From the NCBI GenBank assembly GCA_028534125.1, contig CM052825.1, forward strand, positions 372,001 to 436,000: a stretch of 64,000 nt of DNA, in the 5' to 3' direction. The first letter of the stretch is position 1, and each line of letters begins with the position of its first letter. The DNA comes from Lama glama. Taxonomy: Eukaryota. Below, one piece after another: positions 49,725 through 62,075 of this stretch. The position numbers and the translations under genes are program-made. The notes below the pieces were generated by a model. The model saw only the letters and a program-made list of their open reading frames with translations. It was not told the origin of the DNA and did not search any database.

Positions 49725-50340
49725 AGTCTCTGTTTCATTAAACAGACTTTCTGGAGATTTAATTTATGTGCAATGAAATGATTCCATTTTTAGTGTGTAT
49801 TTTGCTGAGTTTTGACAAGTATGTACAGCTGTGTAATTGGCACCACTTCAAGATGCAGAACATTCCCCCTAGCCCCGGATGCTTCCGGCGCCCTCCCCAG
49901 TCAAACCCCACTCCACACCAGGCCCTGGGCAGCCGCTGACCTGCTTGTGCTGCTCCGGTTAGAGCGCCATTTCTGGATTGCCGTGCGCAGCAGTGTTTCT
50001 GTGCTTGTCCGCGTTTCTTCATGTCTCAGTTGTTCGCTCCATCTTATTGCTGAGTCAGAGTCCGTTGCACGGATATGTGACAGTTATTCTCTCATTGCGT
50101 CAGTTGAGGGACATTTGGGGTTTCCAGTTCGGTTTTGAATGATGCTGCTACAAACATTCGTGTACAAGTCTCCATGTGGACAGGTTTCCATTTCGCCTGG
50201 GCAAACACCCAAGGGTGGACCCGCTGGATCACCTGGCATCATATGTTGAATTACACAGTAAATGGCTGCCTCGTTTACCAAGTAACTGTACCATCTGGCA
50301 CTCCCACCAGAACGTGAGGGAGTCCTGCCTGTGTCGAAGC
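49725..50340 (-). mobile_element. Old L1M 3' fragment
   Basis: Contains gagttttgacaagtatgtacagctgtgtaa; gagggacatttggggtttccag; gaatgatgctgctacaaacattcgtgtacaagtc. Confidence 0.7.
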
Positions 50341-51337
50341 TTTCGTGTCGCCTGACGTGGTCAGAACTCACTGGATTTTCCCCGTAGCTCAGTCCCCTTG
50401 GCAGGCCTCTCTCCCACATAGAAAGGTTGGCAGGAGCACCCTGTCCCCGGGGGGAGTTGACTAGGTGCCTGGCTGCGTTTCCTGGGAGGGGCTGTTGGAG
50501 ACCCTCCCAGGAGCCAGACCAAGAAAGGAACCTCTCGGAGAGCACAGACCTGCTCTAGAAGCCCTCCCACGCCATTTGCTTGACTTCTTTGGACAAGAGA
50601 GAGCCGGCTGTTGGACCAGGGGGCAGAGCCAGCGCCAGCTGCTCTGTGACCTGGGTGCAGGCGGGAGCAGTTGTTCAGCCTGAGCTCCAGGTAATCCCGC
50701 AGTGCCAGCCCACGCCCAGCCTGCGGGTCTGAGCCTCTGCAACCTCAGGACAGACCCCTCCCGGCCCCCCGTGCCTATTCTGGATGCTCCCCTCCCTCCC
50801 CACGTGCGGAATTCTCTCCTCTGCTGATGCCCCTCCTCCTGCCCCCCACCCCGTCCCCCAGCCTCAGGCGAGAAGAGAAGGAACTGGCCATGCTCAGCTC
50901 CTCTCCCACACCGAGGCCCTGGCTCTGTCTGTGGGGATGGGGACCTCCACAGGCGTGGAGCCAGAGGAGCAGACAGGACAGCGTGTATGGTGGCCACAGC
51001 CACCGTGGACAGAGAAGGCGCCAGAGTAGACATTCAGAGGTGGGTGGGATTGAAGTGACCTGTGGGTCACTGTCTTGTATTTTCTAAAACACTGTCTTGT
51101 ATTTTCTACACGGGGTGACGAGTGTGGCGGTCCGCTCAGTGGCCGAGCCCCCGGTCGTGGAGTCACTTGGAGCCGGCCTGGTTCTGAGTTTTCAGGTGTT
51201 AGACCAGTGCTTCCCTGCAGGGCCGGCTTGGACCGGCCATCTCTCCGCCACAGCAGCCTCGTCGCCTGGGGCTGTGAAACAGAGCAGGACCTGGGGGGGT
51301 CCTCTCTGGTACAAGTCCTTTCCCAGCCCCCGTTTCT

Positions 51338-51788
51338 TATTCGTGGGAAGTAGACTTCATGCAGCTTCCTTGGCCTTCCCCGAGTTCCAAGGGCAGATTC
51401 AGACAGTTGCTGTTCAGGGAAGGGAGGGAGGCAGAGACCAGGGAGGACCAGTCAGGAAACAGTGCCGCCTGGGGCAGGTCCTGGTTCCTCTGCAGGAACT
51501 GACCCCCACCCCGGGTGGAGGGTGCTGACTTCAGGCTGAGCACAGATTCCTGGAGCCCTGCCCGGTTACCTCCCCACCAGCCAATCAGTAGGAAGTCACA
51601 CACCAGCAGCCCTCAGTCCACATTTTCCTACAAAACTTCTCCCCAAAACCATGGGGAGCTCGGGCCTTTGAGCACACGCCGCCTGTCCTCCTTGCCTGGC
51701 CCTGCAGTGACCCTTTCCCTGCTCCACACACCGCCCTTTCTCTTTGGCCTCATGGAGCGCTGGACACACGGACTTCTGTTCAGTAACA
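51338..51788 (+). mobile_element. ERV1-class LTR relic
   Basis: CCAAT box (cagccaatcag), a TATA-like cctacaaaac, a U5-like segment tttgagcac...tccttgcctggccctgc, and a terminal gtaaca. The 5' boundary is uncertain. Confidence 0.6.
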
Positions 51789-52074
51789 GCTGTTCTGGGG
51801 CGCAGTGAGGCTACACGCGCCCAGGGCCACACAGTGCTCGGGAGACATCCACTGTTACTGCTCTTTTTGTTTAAGACCAAAACCAAACAGCAAACAACTG
51901 AGATGGTCCAGCTGCAGGCTAACAGCTCTCTGGGCACCCTCCCGGGGCGGGGGGACTGCACAGGTGCTGCGGCAGCTGGACGGCTCGGCCACTGTGGAAA
52001 GAGCGGCTCACTGTGGGGGGCACCGGGCTCTGGAGACTGCCGAGAAGAGTTAGCATTGCACACTCCACGTGTGG

Positions 52075-52300
52075 AACCTGAGTGTTTCTGATGGCTCCAT
52101 TAGAGACTGGAAAGAAACAGGGGAAACTCGGGTGGACAATGCACCTTATTTCACCCACCGTATACAAGTTATTTCACTTCAGTATGAAATTGAGATATAT
52201 CATATTCTTTTTTTCACACCAAGTCTTCAAAATCTGATGCCTGTTTCACTCACGCAGCACATCTCCATGCCGATGAGCAGGACTGCCACCATCGTGGTTT
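52075..52300. mobile_element. MER3/MER33-like hAT-Charlie relic
   Basis: tgagatatatcatattcttttttttcacaccaagtcttcaaaatctg...gcagcacatctc; related to the copy at 61820-62075. Confidence 0.6.
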
Positions 52301-52621
52301 ACTCGGGACTGCCCGGTTCCGCGTCTGCGAGTCCCGAGTCCCAGGAAACCCACAGGGGATGCGAACAGTGCCGGGCGTCCTGGCAGGTGTGGAAGTTGGG
52401 AAAGTACACCATGCCTGTGTGCCCGCAGTTTTCAGTGCCCGACAGCTGGGGCCGGGACCGTCTGCTTCCACAGTCCTGCCCTGATGGCGAGACCACGATC
52501 CCTGGCCCTCAGTAACGGGGCCCCTGCTGTTGCACTGCCGAGATGTGCACGACGCGTTCTTGCAGTCCTAGCTTTACCTGTGGATTCTCTGTTGTGCTTT
52601 GTGCGAAGATGGCACTGCTTG

Positions 52622-52725
52622 ATTTTTCTTTCTTTTTTTTAACCTTTTTTTTATTGAGTTATAGTCATTTTACAATGTTGTGTCAAATTCCAGTGTAGAG
52701 CACAATGTTTCAGTTATACATGAAC
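52622..52725 (-). mobile_element. Very short 5'-truncated L1 3' end
   Basis: Poly-T followed by attgagttatagtcattttacaatgttgtgtcaaattcc. Imperfect direct repeats ggcactgcttgatttt (52611) and ggcagggcttaatttt (52726). Confidence 0.7.
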
Positions 52726-52956
52726 GGCAGGGCTTAATTTTTCACCTACTGAAGATGGTGACCTTGTTTCTAAGAGTCCAAATCATGAAAAGGAGAACGT
52801 TGACAATACCAGCCCCACAGTGATCCAGATGTCCTGGAAGAGGAGGATGAAGGAGCGTTACTCGCCATGGAAGGACACACACATCTGGATGAGGGGGGTT
52901 AGCAACCCCAACAGCGTCCTGCACAATGTGCATAAGAGAACTGGGGACCAGGCTGA

Positions 52957-53059
52957 GGGGGTGAGGGCGGGCGTGGGGAGGGGGGGGGAGGGCGGGCGTG
53001 GGCAGGGGGTGGTGGGGTGAGGGCGGGCGTGGGGAGGGGTGGTGGGGGTGAAGGCAGGT
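52957..53059. repeat. G-rich ~25-28 bp tandem repeat, ~4 copies
   Basis: Core gagggcgggcgtggg occurs three times, separated by G runs, with a degenerate fourth unit. Confidence 0.85.
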
Positions 53060-53689
53060 GCCAGGAAAGTCCTTCTAAACCAGCCACAACTTCTTGTCTC
53101 CCAGAAGCCACAGATGTTCTGTTGCAAACCCCGGTCGCTGGGTAGCTCGGGGACGCACTGTCCCTCCGTCACCTTCTCAGCTGAATAAAGTGACATTTGC
53201 TCACTCGAGGCCAGAACTCAGGTTTTGATGAGAGAGCGTAGGGGCGGCCGTCAGATCTCTCGCGATGGCACGTGGACTGTTTCCCGAGGTGACAGCCCCT
53301 CCCAGCCACAGAGCAGTGCTCCTGCAGCTCTTTGCTGCTTTGAGTGGAAGAAAGGAGTTTCTAATCATCTTCTCAATGTCTGCGGAGCTTCTAATAAGAC
53401 TGCAGAAAGCATAAAATAAAGATTGTCGAGACCTTGTCTGAAGAGGAAATGACTGTGCTCATCCACCTGTGGCTTTGGTGTCGATGCAGAGGTAAGTTCT
53501 GGCAAACTCGATGCAGCCGGTTCTCTCTTGTGACCAAAGGTAAAGATCTTACCTGCTGAGTGTCCTCCAGCCCGGCACACACCTTGCCAGCACAGTGAGC
53601 CCTGCCCACCCGAGATACTGGGGTTTTCACAGGGAAGGTTTGGGTCACCTTTCACTCCTTAGATTTCTGACTTTTTAGAAATGGAAGGA

Positions 53690-53880
53690 GACAAGGTACT
53701 ACTGCGGAGCACAGGGAACTATATTCAGTTTCTTGAAATAACATGTAATGGAAAAGACTGTGAGAAGAAAAAAATATATAGTATGTAAACGCATAACTGA
53801 ATTGCTTTGCTGTACACCTGAAACACATTGTAAATCAACTACACTTCAATTAAGAAAAAATAAGAATTAGAAATAAAAGG
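53690..53880 (+). mobile_element. Artiodactyl-type L1 3' end
   Basis: agcacagggaactatattcag...ataactgaattgctttgctgtacacctgaaacacattgtaaatcaactacacttcaat followed by an A-rich tail. Confidence 0.85.
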
Positions 53881-56800
53881 AACGGGAGGAGAAACCCTCT
53901 GCGAAGCTTCCTGCAGGGCGTCTCGTCGCCAGCCCTAGAAGCATGGTGATATGCCGGGCTGCCGTGAATCCTCGTGGTTCAAAGTGGGGAACGAGAGGAG
54001 CGTCCTTCTCTAACCCGGAGCTACCTCGAGGTTGAGAACGGAGACGGAGATTTCAGGGAAATCCAGGTGTGTGTGCTTTTCTCAGGGCCGTCTGAGGATC
54101 TTCGAAGAAGCAACGAGAGGGTGAACTGACTGCACCTGAGCTGTTAGATTTCCAGGTGGGTTGTGACAGCAACTGATACAGGAGTGAAAACCAGAAAACT
54201 CAGAATAAACCTGCTTCAGAACTAAAAGAACATCACCAGGAAAGGGCAGCAGAGCTTAACAGGACTTTCTCATTCCTTTACTAAAACTCTAACTTCTTTG
54301 AAATCCACTTTCGATTTCCAGTCTCAGTAACCTCTGAGCTTTTAAACCACGTCCCTGGGGAAGAGAGGTTTGGCAGATGGTGACTTCCATATGTTCGTAG
54401 TGTTGAAAAACGGTCGTCTGAGACACGGGAGCCTACGTGATAAACTTACAGATGCAAAGGACCTGATGTGTAAACAGCTGGCCGCCCACGTGCTGCACAT
54501 GCAGCCCCAGGTGGACGGTCGTCTGGGGAGAGGGAGCGAGTTCTCACAAGTCTGAAGGCCCAATCCCGCCAGAAATTCACCATTGCATGGACCGAGGCTG
54601 GAGTGCGCATTGGCGTCTTGCCAAGAACAGAGCTGAGTCAGCGTGAACTGTGCATTTGACTGCGTCCCACCTTCCGCTGGGCGAGAGAAGGATCTCCCGA
54701 AGCCCAGAGAGGGATTGCCAGGGGCTCTGAGGGGTTAGAGACCCTAATGAACTGCAGACGGAAAGGCGGACATCACAACCCACTTGATCAGTCCTCCTGT
54801 GCTTACAGCCTCTCTTTAAAGTCTTACATCGAAAATGATGGAAACACTGATACACAACAACTTGGGCGATTCGCCAGGGAATTTTGCCGAGTTTGAAAAA
54901 CCAGCCTCAAAAGGTTATATACAGTATGATTCCACTTTTACAACACTTTGAAATGACAAAATTTTAGAAAAAGAGGGCAGGTTAGTGGTTTCCAGGGGTT
55001 AAGGACAAGGGTGGAAATGGGGGTGGGGCTGCAGAGGGAAGAGGAGAGGCCCCACGGAGCTGAATCTGCACTTGTGGTTCTGGTTGCGTGGACCCCGGCC
55101 TGGACTCCTGGGTGTCACCGTCGCCACGTTGGGGGCCTTGGCCCAGCACCTGCATCCGTGCCCCTCCCGCCCATACAGGGAGTAGGGGGCCTTCGTTCTC
55201 ACCCACCAGGCTCCTGGTCACTCTTTTCAAGCTGCCCTTTTTCCTAAGAGCAGATTAAGGCCCCCAAGCAGGTGGATTTTATCATCAGAGGGAAGGTTTC
55301 ATCCATGGAAAGAAGGGGGGTTGGGGCTGCTGTCCAGGTGGCCCACAAAACTGTGCTAAAATTCACCATTTTAACCTTTTTTAAAGTGCCCAGTTCAGGG
55401 GATTTAAGCACATTCACCGTGTTGTGCAGCCGTCACCCATCCGTCACCCCTCTGTCATCAGAACTTTCCATCTTCCTAAGCTGAGGCTCATCCCCACTGA
55501 ACCCTAACTCCCCTCCCCCAGCCCCGGACACCCACCCTCTCCTTTCTGTCCCTGTGACTCTGACTCCTCCAGGGACCCTCCCCTGAGCCTGTCTGAGCTC
55601 CGCCAGCTCAGCCGTCTGGCAGCCCTCACAGCTCCCGACGCTGCTTCTGCTTCGGGGTTGAGGAGGGGGAGTAAACAGAGATGGCGACTCGCCGACAGGG
55701 AGCGCCACGTGGTTGGTTGGATTCTGGACTGTGGACAAGCTGGCCCGAGCAGGGGTTGTCGCCACCCTGCCGTGTCCCTCACAGCTCCCTGCAGTCACGC
55801 TCCCTGAAGACGCTCAGGACCCGGGAGGCGGCGTGGCTGGTCGAGGGGGGCACCCCCACAGCAGCAGGATACTTTCCTCCATGGGGGCTCCTCACCCTTG
55901 AAGGGAGGAGCCAGAAGCAATCAAGGCTGAGAACCGGCGAGCGGAGAAGTCAAGTCGGGGTGCGGCTCGGGGTAACTCTCCTCCGCTGGGCCCCGCCCGC
56001 CCTGCCTTCCAATGTCTTGCTAGCGCCTTCCTCTCGATGCACAAGCCTGGCTCAGGTTTCCCAGACGGCCCTTCTCACCTCTCTCTCGGGGGTCGGGTTC
56101 TGTTTACAGCTGAAAGGCAGAACCTGCTGCCAAGCTGGCCGCGTGAGCTCACAGGGAAGAGGTGCCACCAGGTCCAGGAGCCACACGGCATCCTCTGCCC
56201 TGGGTCTGCATCCCTGGCCTTGAAGTGAGCATGCTTCCCTGGTCGCTGCCCCCAGGTCCCCTCCAGCCAGGCTGCTGGCCTCCTGCCAGGGTCCCCAACT
56301 GTGATGCAGTGGTGACAAGACAGAGGGCTTGGGGACAGACACCAGGATGGGAGGGGCAGCGTGTCACCTGTATCCAGCGGCTGTGCGTCCCCAGGCGGAG
56401 TGACACAGACCAGGCTGTGCTCTGGGGGCCACCCAGGCATGCAGCCCAGCCCTGCCTGCCCCTCTTCTCCTCCGTCAGCGTGTGCTTTTGAGGGAGGCCC
56501 TCTAGTGGGAGGGGATGAGGCCAACACTGAGGAGGCAGGTCCTTGTGCTTGACTGTCCCTTTTCTCAAGCGAGAAGCCCAGGCAGTGGGCTCTGGGCGCA
56601 GAGCTGGTTCGACCGTCGGTCAGACTCCTTCCCCAAAGTAGACCTGATGGTTTAAACAACAGATGGAATTCGAGGTTTTAACAGCGTCAAGGCTATGATA
56701 GCTAATACTCTAGAAAGAAACTCGTAACCCTCAATTCATGTATCTAACCATCCTGGAGAGAAAAGTGAGGAATAGGTGGCACAACCAAACGTCTACACAC

Positions 56801-56889
56801 AAAGAACCATCCACACAGAAACCAGGCACTCCATGGAGCGAGTGGTCAGAGCCCCAAACCGGAGACAAGCGAGCGCCAAGCAACCAGTG

Positions 56890-57070
56890 CAGGGTCCGCG
56901 TGCCTGGCCCCCAGCATGGCCCGCCAGCTGTTTGTGTGAATAAAGTTTTATTGCGACCTAGCCACGCTCTTCCTCTCAGGGAACAGCCGTGGCTGCACTT
57001 GTGCTGCGACAGCATGGCCTGCAAAGTCTAAAACCACCATCCTCTGGCACTTTTACAGAGTTTGCGGATC
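56890..57070. mobile_element. MER58-like hAT-Charlie relic
   Basis: tggcccgccagctgtttgtgtgaataaagttttattgcgacctagccacgc...tggcctgcaaagtctaaaa...ttttacagagtttgc. Confidence 0.75.
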
Positions 57071-57687
57071 CCTGAACGGGTGAGAGGATCAACGTGGGCA
57101 GGAACACCCAGAGGATGGGGTCCCACTTGGCTGTGGGAGGGCAGCCACCGCCCAGGGCCGGAGCCAGGCTCCCAGAGCTTCCCACGACAAGCGACGTGGT
57201 CAGCCTCGTGCAGCTGCAGCCGGTGCGCTCGGGGGACGAGGCCAGGCCCGTCTGCCCCTCCAGTCCACGGTCTTCCCACTGAGCCTTTTTGGGAAAATAG
57301 CCAATTTGGAATTTTCCATCATTGTTTTACTCCACGCCCATGGGATTAAGGCACTGCCAAATGGAATCACTTTGCTTTTTTTTTTTTTAAAGTGATGTGA
57401 GGTTACTCATTTTGAAAAACTATTTTTAGTTCCAAAGCATGAGAAAGTGGTAGAGAAAGTTTGAGTATGTTGCTTTTCTGCCTTGATTTAAATCTGTTGT
57501 GTTCTCCATGAACTCTTCAGCGTTTATTTAGTCGTAAGTAAATAAATTAGTTTGGCCCATTTATGTGGTACATAAGTAAATTTAGCCCAATGTATCTACA
57601 TGACCCATGTAGAGGTCTATGTGATATATACATATACTGTTTGTATACAGAATATATATTTCGTTATGTTTTAAAAAGAAAACTTTA

Positions 57688-57787
57688 GGGGGGAGGCTAT
57701 AGCTCAGTGGTAGAGCACACGCTTAGCATGCATGAAGTCCTGGGTTCAATCCCTAGTACCTCCATTTTTTAAAAAGAGAGAAAATTT
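57688..57787 (+). mobile_element. tRNA(Ala)-derived SINE (Vic-1-like)
   Basis: gggggaggctatagctcagtggtagagc...cttagcatgc...gtcctgggttcaatccctagtacctcca with intact A and B boxes. Flanks agaaaacttta and agaaaattta. Confidence 0.85.
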
Positions 57788-58405
57788 AAAATATATTATA
57801 AAATAATGTCAATATAAAACATTAAGTCAAAGATTTATTATAATTTGTGTTTATCTGAAATTGGTGATGTGCAGTCTCTGTGACGGAGACATGCCAGTTC
57901 TGGGTGGTGCTCTGTAGGAGCTGCTGCCCGGAAGACACGTCCTCAGGTGTTTATAGCGGTGCTGTCCACGACAGGAACCAGGAGGGAGTCTGAAAGTCCG
58001 TCAGAATGAGAATGGCTGCGTCAGACTTAGTTTGTTCTTATTACCGAGCGTGACCCAGCCGATGCAAGCAATGAAATAGATTCATCCGTCTTGTGGGGCT
58101 GGATCTCAAAAGCTAATGTGAGGGGAAAAGCTGGGAGCGGAGCTGCGTGGGACTGTAACACTGTGCATCCTTGGATCCCTGCTCATGTGCAAGAGGATAA
58201 GGTGGGGCTGGAAAGCTGCCCACCAGCTCCCTGGCTGGGAGCAGACATTGCGGGCTGAGGAGGCAAGAGAGAGATTTAGCTCTATCATCTGTCAGTCTGG
58301 CATCTACCTTCACCTATTTGTGTGTCATCTGTCTGTGTGATGTTTTCTTCCTCTCTCCCCTCCCCTCCCCAGCGTGTACGGGAGGTGGAGTTAAGTGTGC
58401 TTCTT

Positions 58406-58557
58406 GGGGGAGGGTGTAGCTCAGTGGTAGGGTGCCTGCTTGGCAGGCACGAGCTCCTAGGTTCAATCCCCAGTACCTCCCAAACAAACAAACCTAATGG
58501 GCCCCCCTAAAAAAAGATTTTAAAAACTCCAAAAACCAGAACACCGAAAAAGAAAAG
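58406..58557 (+). mobile_element. tRNA-derived SINE (Vic-1-like)
   Basis: ggggagggtgtagctcagtggtaggg...ggttcaatccccagtacctcc plus tail. 13-bp TSD taagtgtgcttct (58392) and taagtgtacttct (58558). Confidence 0.88.
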
Positions 58558-58740
58558 TAAGTGTACTTCTCTCTGGCACCCGATCAGAGCCGACTTCTTC
58601 TCGGTTCATTGATGTACTGTCCTGTGGCATTTCCCGCTCCTTGCCCTCCCCTTCCCCACAGGCAGCTATTGCATGTCTGGTCTAGTTGTGAGTGTCCTTA
58701 CAAAACGTGTAGCATGGCTGGGGGGTTTACTCATTTACTT

Positions 58741-59190
58741 TGTGGCAATAAAGGGAAACCTCGCTTAAATGGAGTCAGCCGGCCAGAAGTGGGAGCTCTC
58801 ACAGGTGTACCCCTCCGTGTCAGTACAGATCCCCACGGGAAGGGAGTACCTTGCATCTCTGGCAGAAAGTGATACAACTCTGCTACACAGCAGGAGGAAG
58901 ACAGGCTTTCTCCTTGCCCAGCAACAGCTCAGCCAATGAGAGACTGCCGCAACTCGGCCAACGTAAAGCCTCTTCACTTCAACTCCCAGTTTCCTCCAGT
59001 GGATTCTTTGTGCATAACAGCACCTCCAAACCCCCTGTCTCCTCTGTGGAAGAGTCTCCTCCCCTTTGCTTCACTGGTCTTACACGTAGTTTGACATGGT
59101 TATCCGTCCCAAACTGCGGCTCTTTGCTGCTCTCAAACAACCCCATTTTGCTGGTAAAATAACTGGCTGTTTTACTGTTTCAGGTTAACA
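58741..59190 (+). mobile_element. ERV1-class solo LTR (MER34-group-like)
   Basis: TG...CA termini (tgtggcaataa...ggttaaca), cttaaatggagtcag, CCAAT (cagccaatgag), and cccattttgctggtaaaataactggc. Confidence 0.7.
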
Positions 59191-59234
59191 ACCAACATGA
59201 TATATACATGTAAACTGTGTATCTATACATTACA

Positions 59235-59460
59235 AGCAACTGATTCACACGATTACAGAGGCTGAGGAATCCGAGACGTGCAGCCAGCAAGCTGGAGACC
59301 CAGGGGAGCTAGCAGGGCTCCAGTCAGACTCTGAGTTCACAGATGGGGGAGATGGACGTCCCAGGGGGAAGCAGTCAGGCAGAGACAGAATTCTTTCTCA
59401 CCCAACATTTTATTCTATTCCGGCTTCAACGGATTGGAGGAGGCCCACCGACATGGGGCT
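59235..59460. mobile_element. MLT2-like (ERVL) LTR fragment
   Basis: tgattcacacgattacagaggctgag...gcaagctggagacccagg...ttcaacggattggaggaggcccacc. Confidence 0.7.
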
Positions 59461-60271
59461 TGGGGGCAGGTTTGCGAGGTCATGGGGCACGAGTGTCCCT
59501 GTGTCCTCTGTGTCCCTGCCAGCACTTGCCGGCATCCACTGTCCTACGTTGCCAACCTGATGGGGACGAAGCGTCATGGAGGCACTTGAATTCGCATTTC
59601 TCTGATTGCTAATGAGCGTGTGTGTTTGTACTTACATACTTCTTACATTCTTGTCCCACGTTCAGCCTTCTTTTTCTGTGGGTTGCCTGTTCCCCTCCTT
59701 TGCCCATTTCCCTATTGTGCTCCTGTCTCTTTCTCATTGATTTGCAGGAGCTCCTTGTCTGTTTCCAAGATGGCAGATGTCTTCTGACCTATCATCTGTC
59801 TGCTGGCTTGTTCGTGGTAACTTCTGTTGAACAGGCTTCTTTCCTATTAACTTAATCAGATCCATCAGTGTTTCGACATAGGGTCTGGGCTTTTGAGGTT
59901 CGTTTTAAGAAATCCTCCCTCCCTCATCCACCCCCGGGAAATAGAGAGCCTCCTCCACTGTCTCCTTCAGACATCATAGTGTTCCTTTTCATTCAGGTTT
60001 TCATTCATCTGGAATGTAGTTTCATTTCTCTGAAAGGATTTTTCTTTAAAAAATAAAATTTCAATGAGAAAACATGACAAAATATTAGTAGTTAATTTCA
60101 AATGCTGGAGTCAAGATGCATATTACTGTAGTAATACAGTTTAACATACTTTAAGATTCTAAACTAAAAATTTCTCAGTATCTTGTGCAGAATGCAAAGT
60201 CAAATAAGAAAAGGAAAACAACCTACGATGCCCCCACTTGGGAAGAATCCCTGGTAATGTTTCTCTGTGCC

Positions 60272-60293
60272 GTGTGTGTGTGTGTGTGTGTGT
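60272..60293. repeat. (GT)11 microsatellite
   Basis: Directly visible in the sequence. Confidence 0.95.
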
Positions 60294-61819
60294 AGGTGTC
60301 TGTACACACTTGGAATCATACAGCGTCTACACTTGTCATCTCCTGATTATGTTTCATGCCCTGGTCTCTGCACATACGTGACACTATGAGGGCTGTTTTC
60401 TTTCTCAGGGAGAACTAGCCTTGTCCTTGGAGATGTCTGTCCCTCTCATAATTTAACCCTGTAAGACATCAGATTTCAGGGTCAAGTTCCCACATTGTGA
60501 CCGTCTCGCCCTGACTAGCTGTCACGTGAAGAATCCTTTTTTTCCATCTAGAAACCAGAGCTTCCCCGTTTTGCTTTCTCGAATAGTGAATCTCACGCTG
60601 TAAACACCAGACACACACAAACACACGTGCCTGTCCCTGCCTGGCTCTTCCCATAGGAACTTGGGTGTTGGGTGGGCAGTGAGTCTGATTTTTGGGGGTG
60701 GCTCCTAGCACCTACTAAGCACCTGGCACACGGGAGGCATCCGATAGACATGTTACATTGGTTGCGAGCCCAGTAGGAGAAAAGACTGGGAGCAAGCGCC
60801 CAGGAAGCTGTCCAGGTGAGCGCGCTGGGGTGAAATACGGGGCACAGGTGGGCCAGGCAAGTGGGGACGACCCCGTGGAGTAGGAGGCCCGCAGCCGGAG
60901 GGAGAGAGAAGGCGGCTTGAGGGGAGCTGGGGTGGGGGAGGAGGGGTCCCGTGGCCCTGCCAGGGCCCACAGACGGGTCCCCTCCTGAGGAGCAGGCGAG
61001 GTGCTCTCCAGGTCTCCGGTGTCTGCTGAAGGGCCTTGAGTAGCGTCGGTGCCAGGTGGATTCATTCAAACCAATCCACTGGTGCAGACCAGTACGGACC
61101 AGCGGAATCCAGGTGACACCAACACATACTAGGTGGAAGGCAGTCAGGGCAGATGTAGGTACCCCCAGCGAAGAACTTGGGGGCCTCTCCTGAGCCGGCA
61201 CCAGTGGGTCTGTGCTGGGCCCGTGCACTCCCCCACGTGGCAGGTGGAGGAGACAGAGGATGGGGGGCCTGAGTTTCCTCACGTCACAAAGTGCGCTGGA
61301 CATGCAGATGGGGTGGCCGCTCAGCCCTGCTGTCAGCTGCTTCTCCCTCCCTCAGGGCATCCTGGACACTTGTTTTCTCTTTTCTGGTGAGTGTTCTAAG
61401 CGCCGGTTGTGCTGTTTTTTGCCAGGAACATTTATAACCCCATCCTCTGGTTCCCACTCCCAGGCCTGGGGGCCAAAGTGGTGTTTGGAATCCCGAGCTG
61501 GGGTGGGAGTAGTGGGGCTTAAGTGGTTTGAGAGGACTGGGGCCACGGCCTTGCCTGGGCACCACCACGTCTCTGGATGGCAACAGGGGCTCCTGCTCTC
61601 AAAGGCTTTCCCAGGCCTGTCACCCTCCGATGTTCCTCTAAAACTGGGTGGGTGGGGTCTTATCTGTTAGGCCTCTCGGGATTTTGTGGGCTCCTTTTCA
61701 TTATCTGGCACCTACTGGGGGTCCCCTGAGCCCCGCTGGAATCTTGTGTCCTGTGGCCTTGTGGCACGTGCGTTTGCTAACGTCTGCACCGCTGTCCACT
61801 TTCTGAAATCTGACACTGT

Positions 61820-62075
61820 CTAGTACCTTCATTACAAATGTGGAAAGAAACAGATGCAATTAATTTCATATTTTATTTAATCAGCATATCCAAAATATTA
61901 CAACTTATTAACACACAAGCAACATTTCAAAATATTAATGAGATATTTTACTTTCTTTTTCATACTTGGTCTTCAAAATTCTGTGTATTTTATAATGCAC
62001 AGCGTCTCAATTCGGGCCGGCCACATTTCCAGTGGTCAATAGTTACACGTGGCCAGTAGCTACTGTAGACAACGA
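61820..62075. mobile_element. MER3/MER33-like hAT-Charlie element
   Basis: aatattaatgagatattttactttctttttcatacttggtcttcaaaattctgtgtatttta...gccacatttccagtggtcaatagttacacgtggccagtagctac. Confidence 0.8.

Noticed and set aside
54342-54855. Possible ERV gag/pol ORFs
   Set aside because: Short frames with no recognisable retroviral motifs (no CCHC knuckle, YxDD or major homology region).
57688-57764. Functional tRNA-Ala gene
   Set aside because: Extra 5' bases, imperfect stems, flanking direct repeats and two related copies nearby indicate a SINE.
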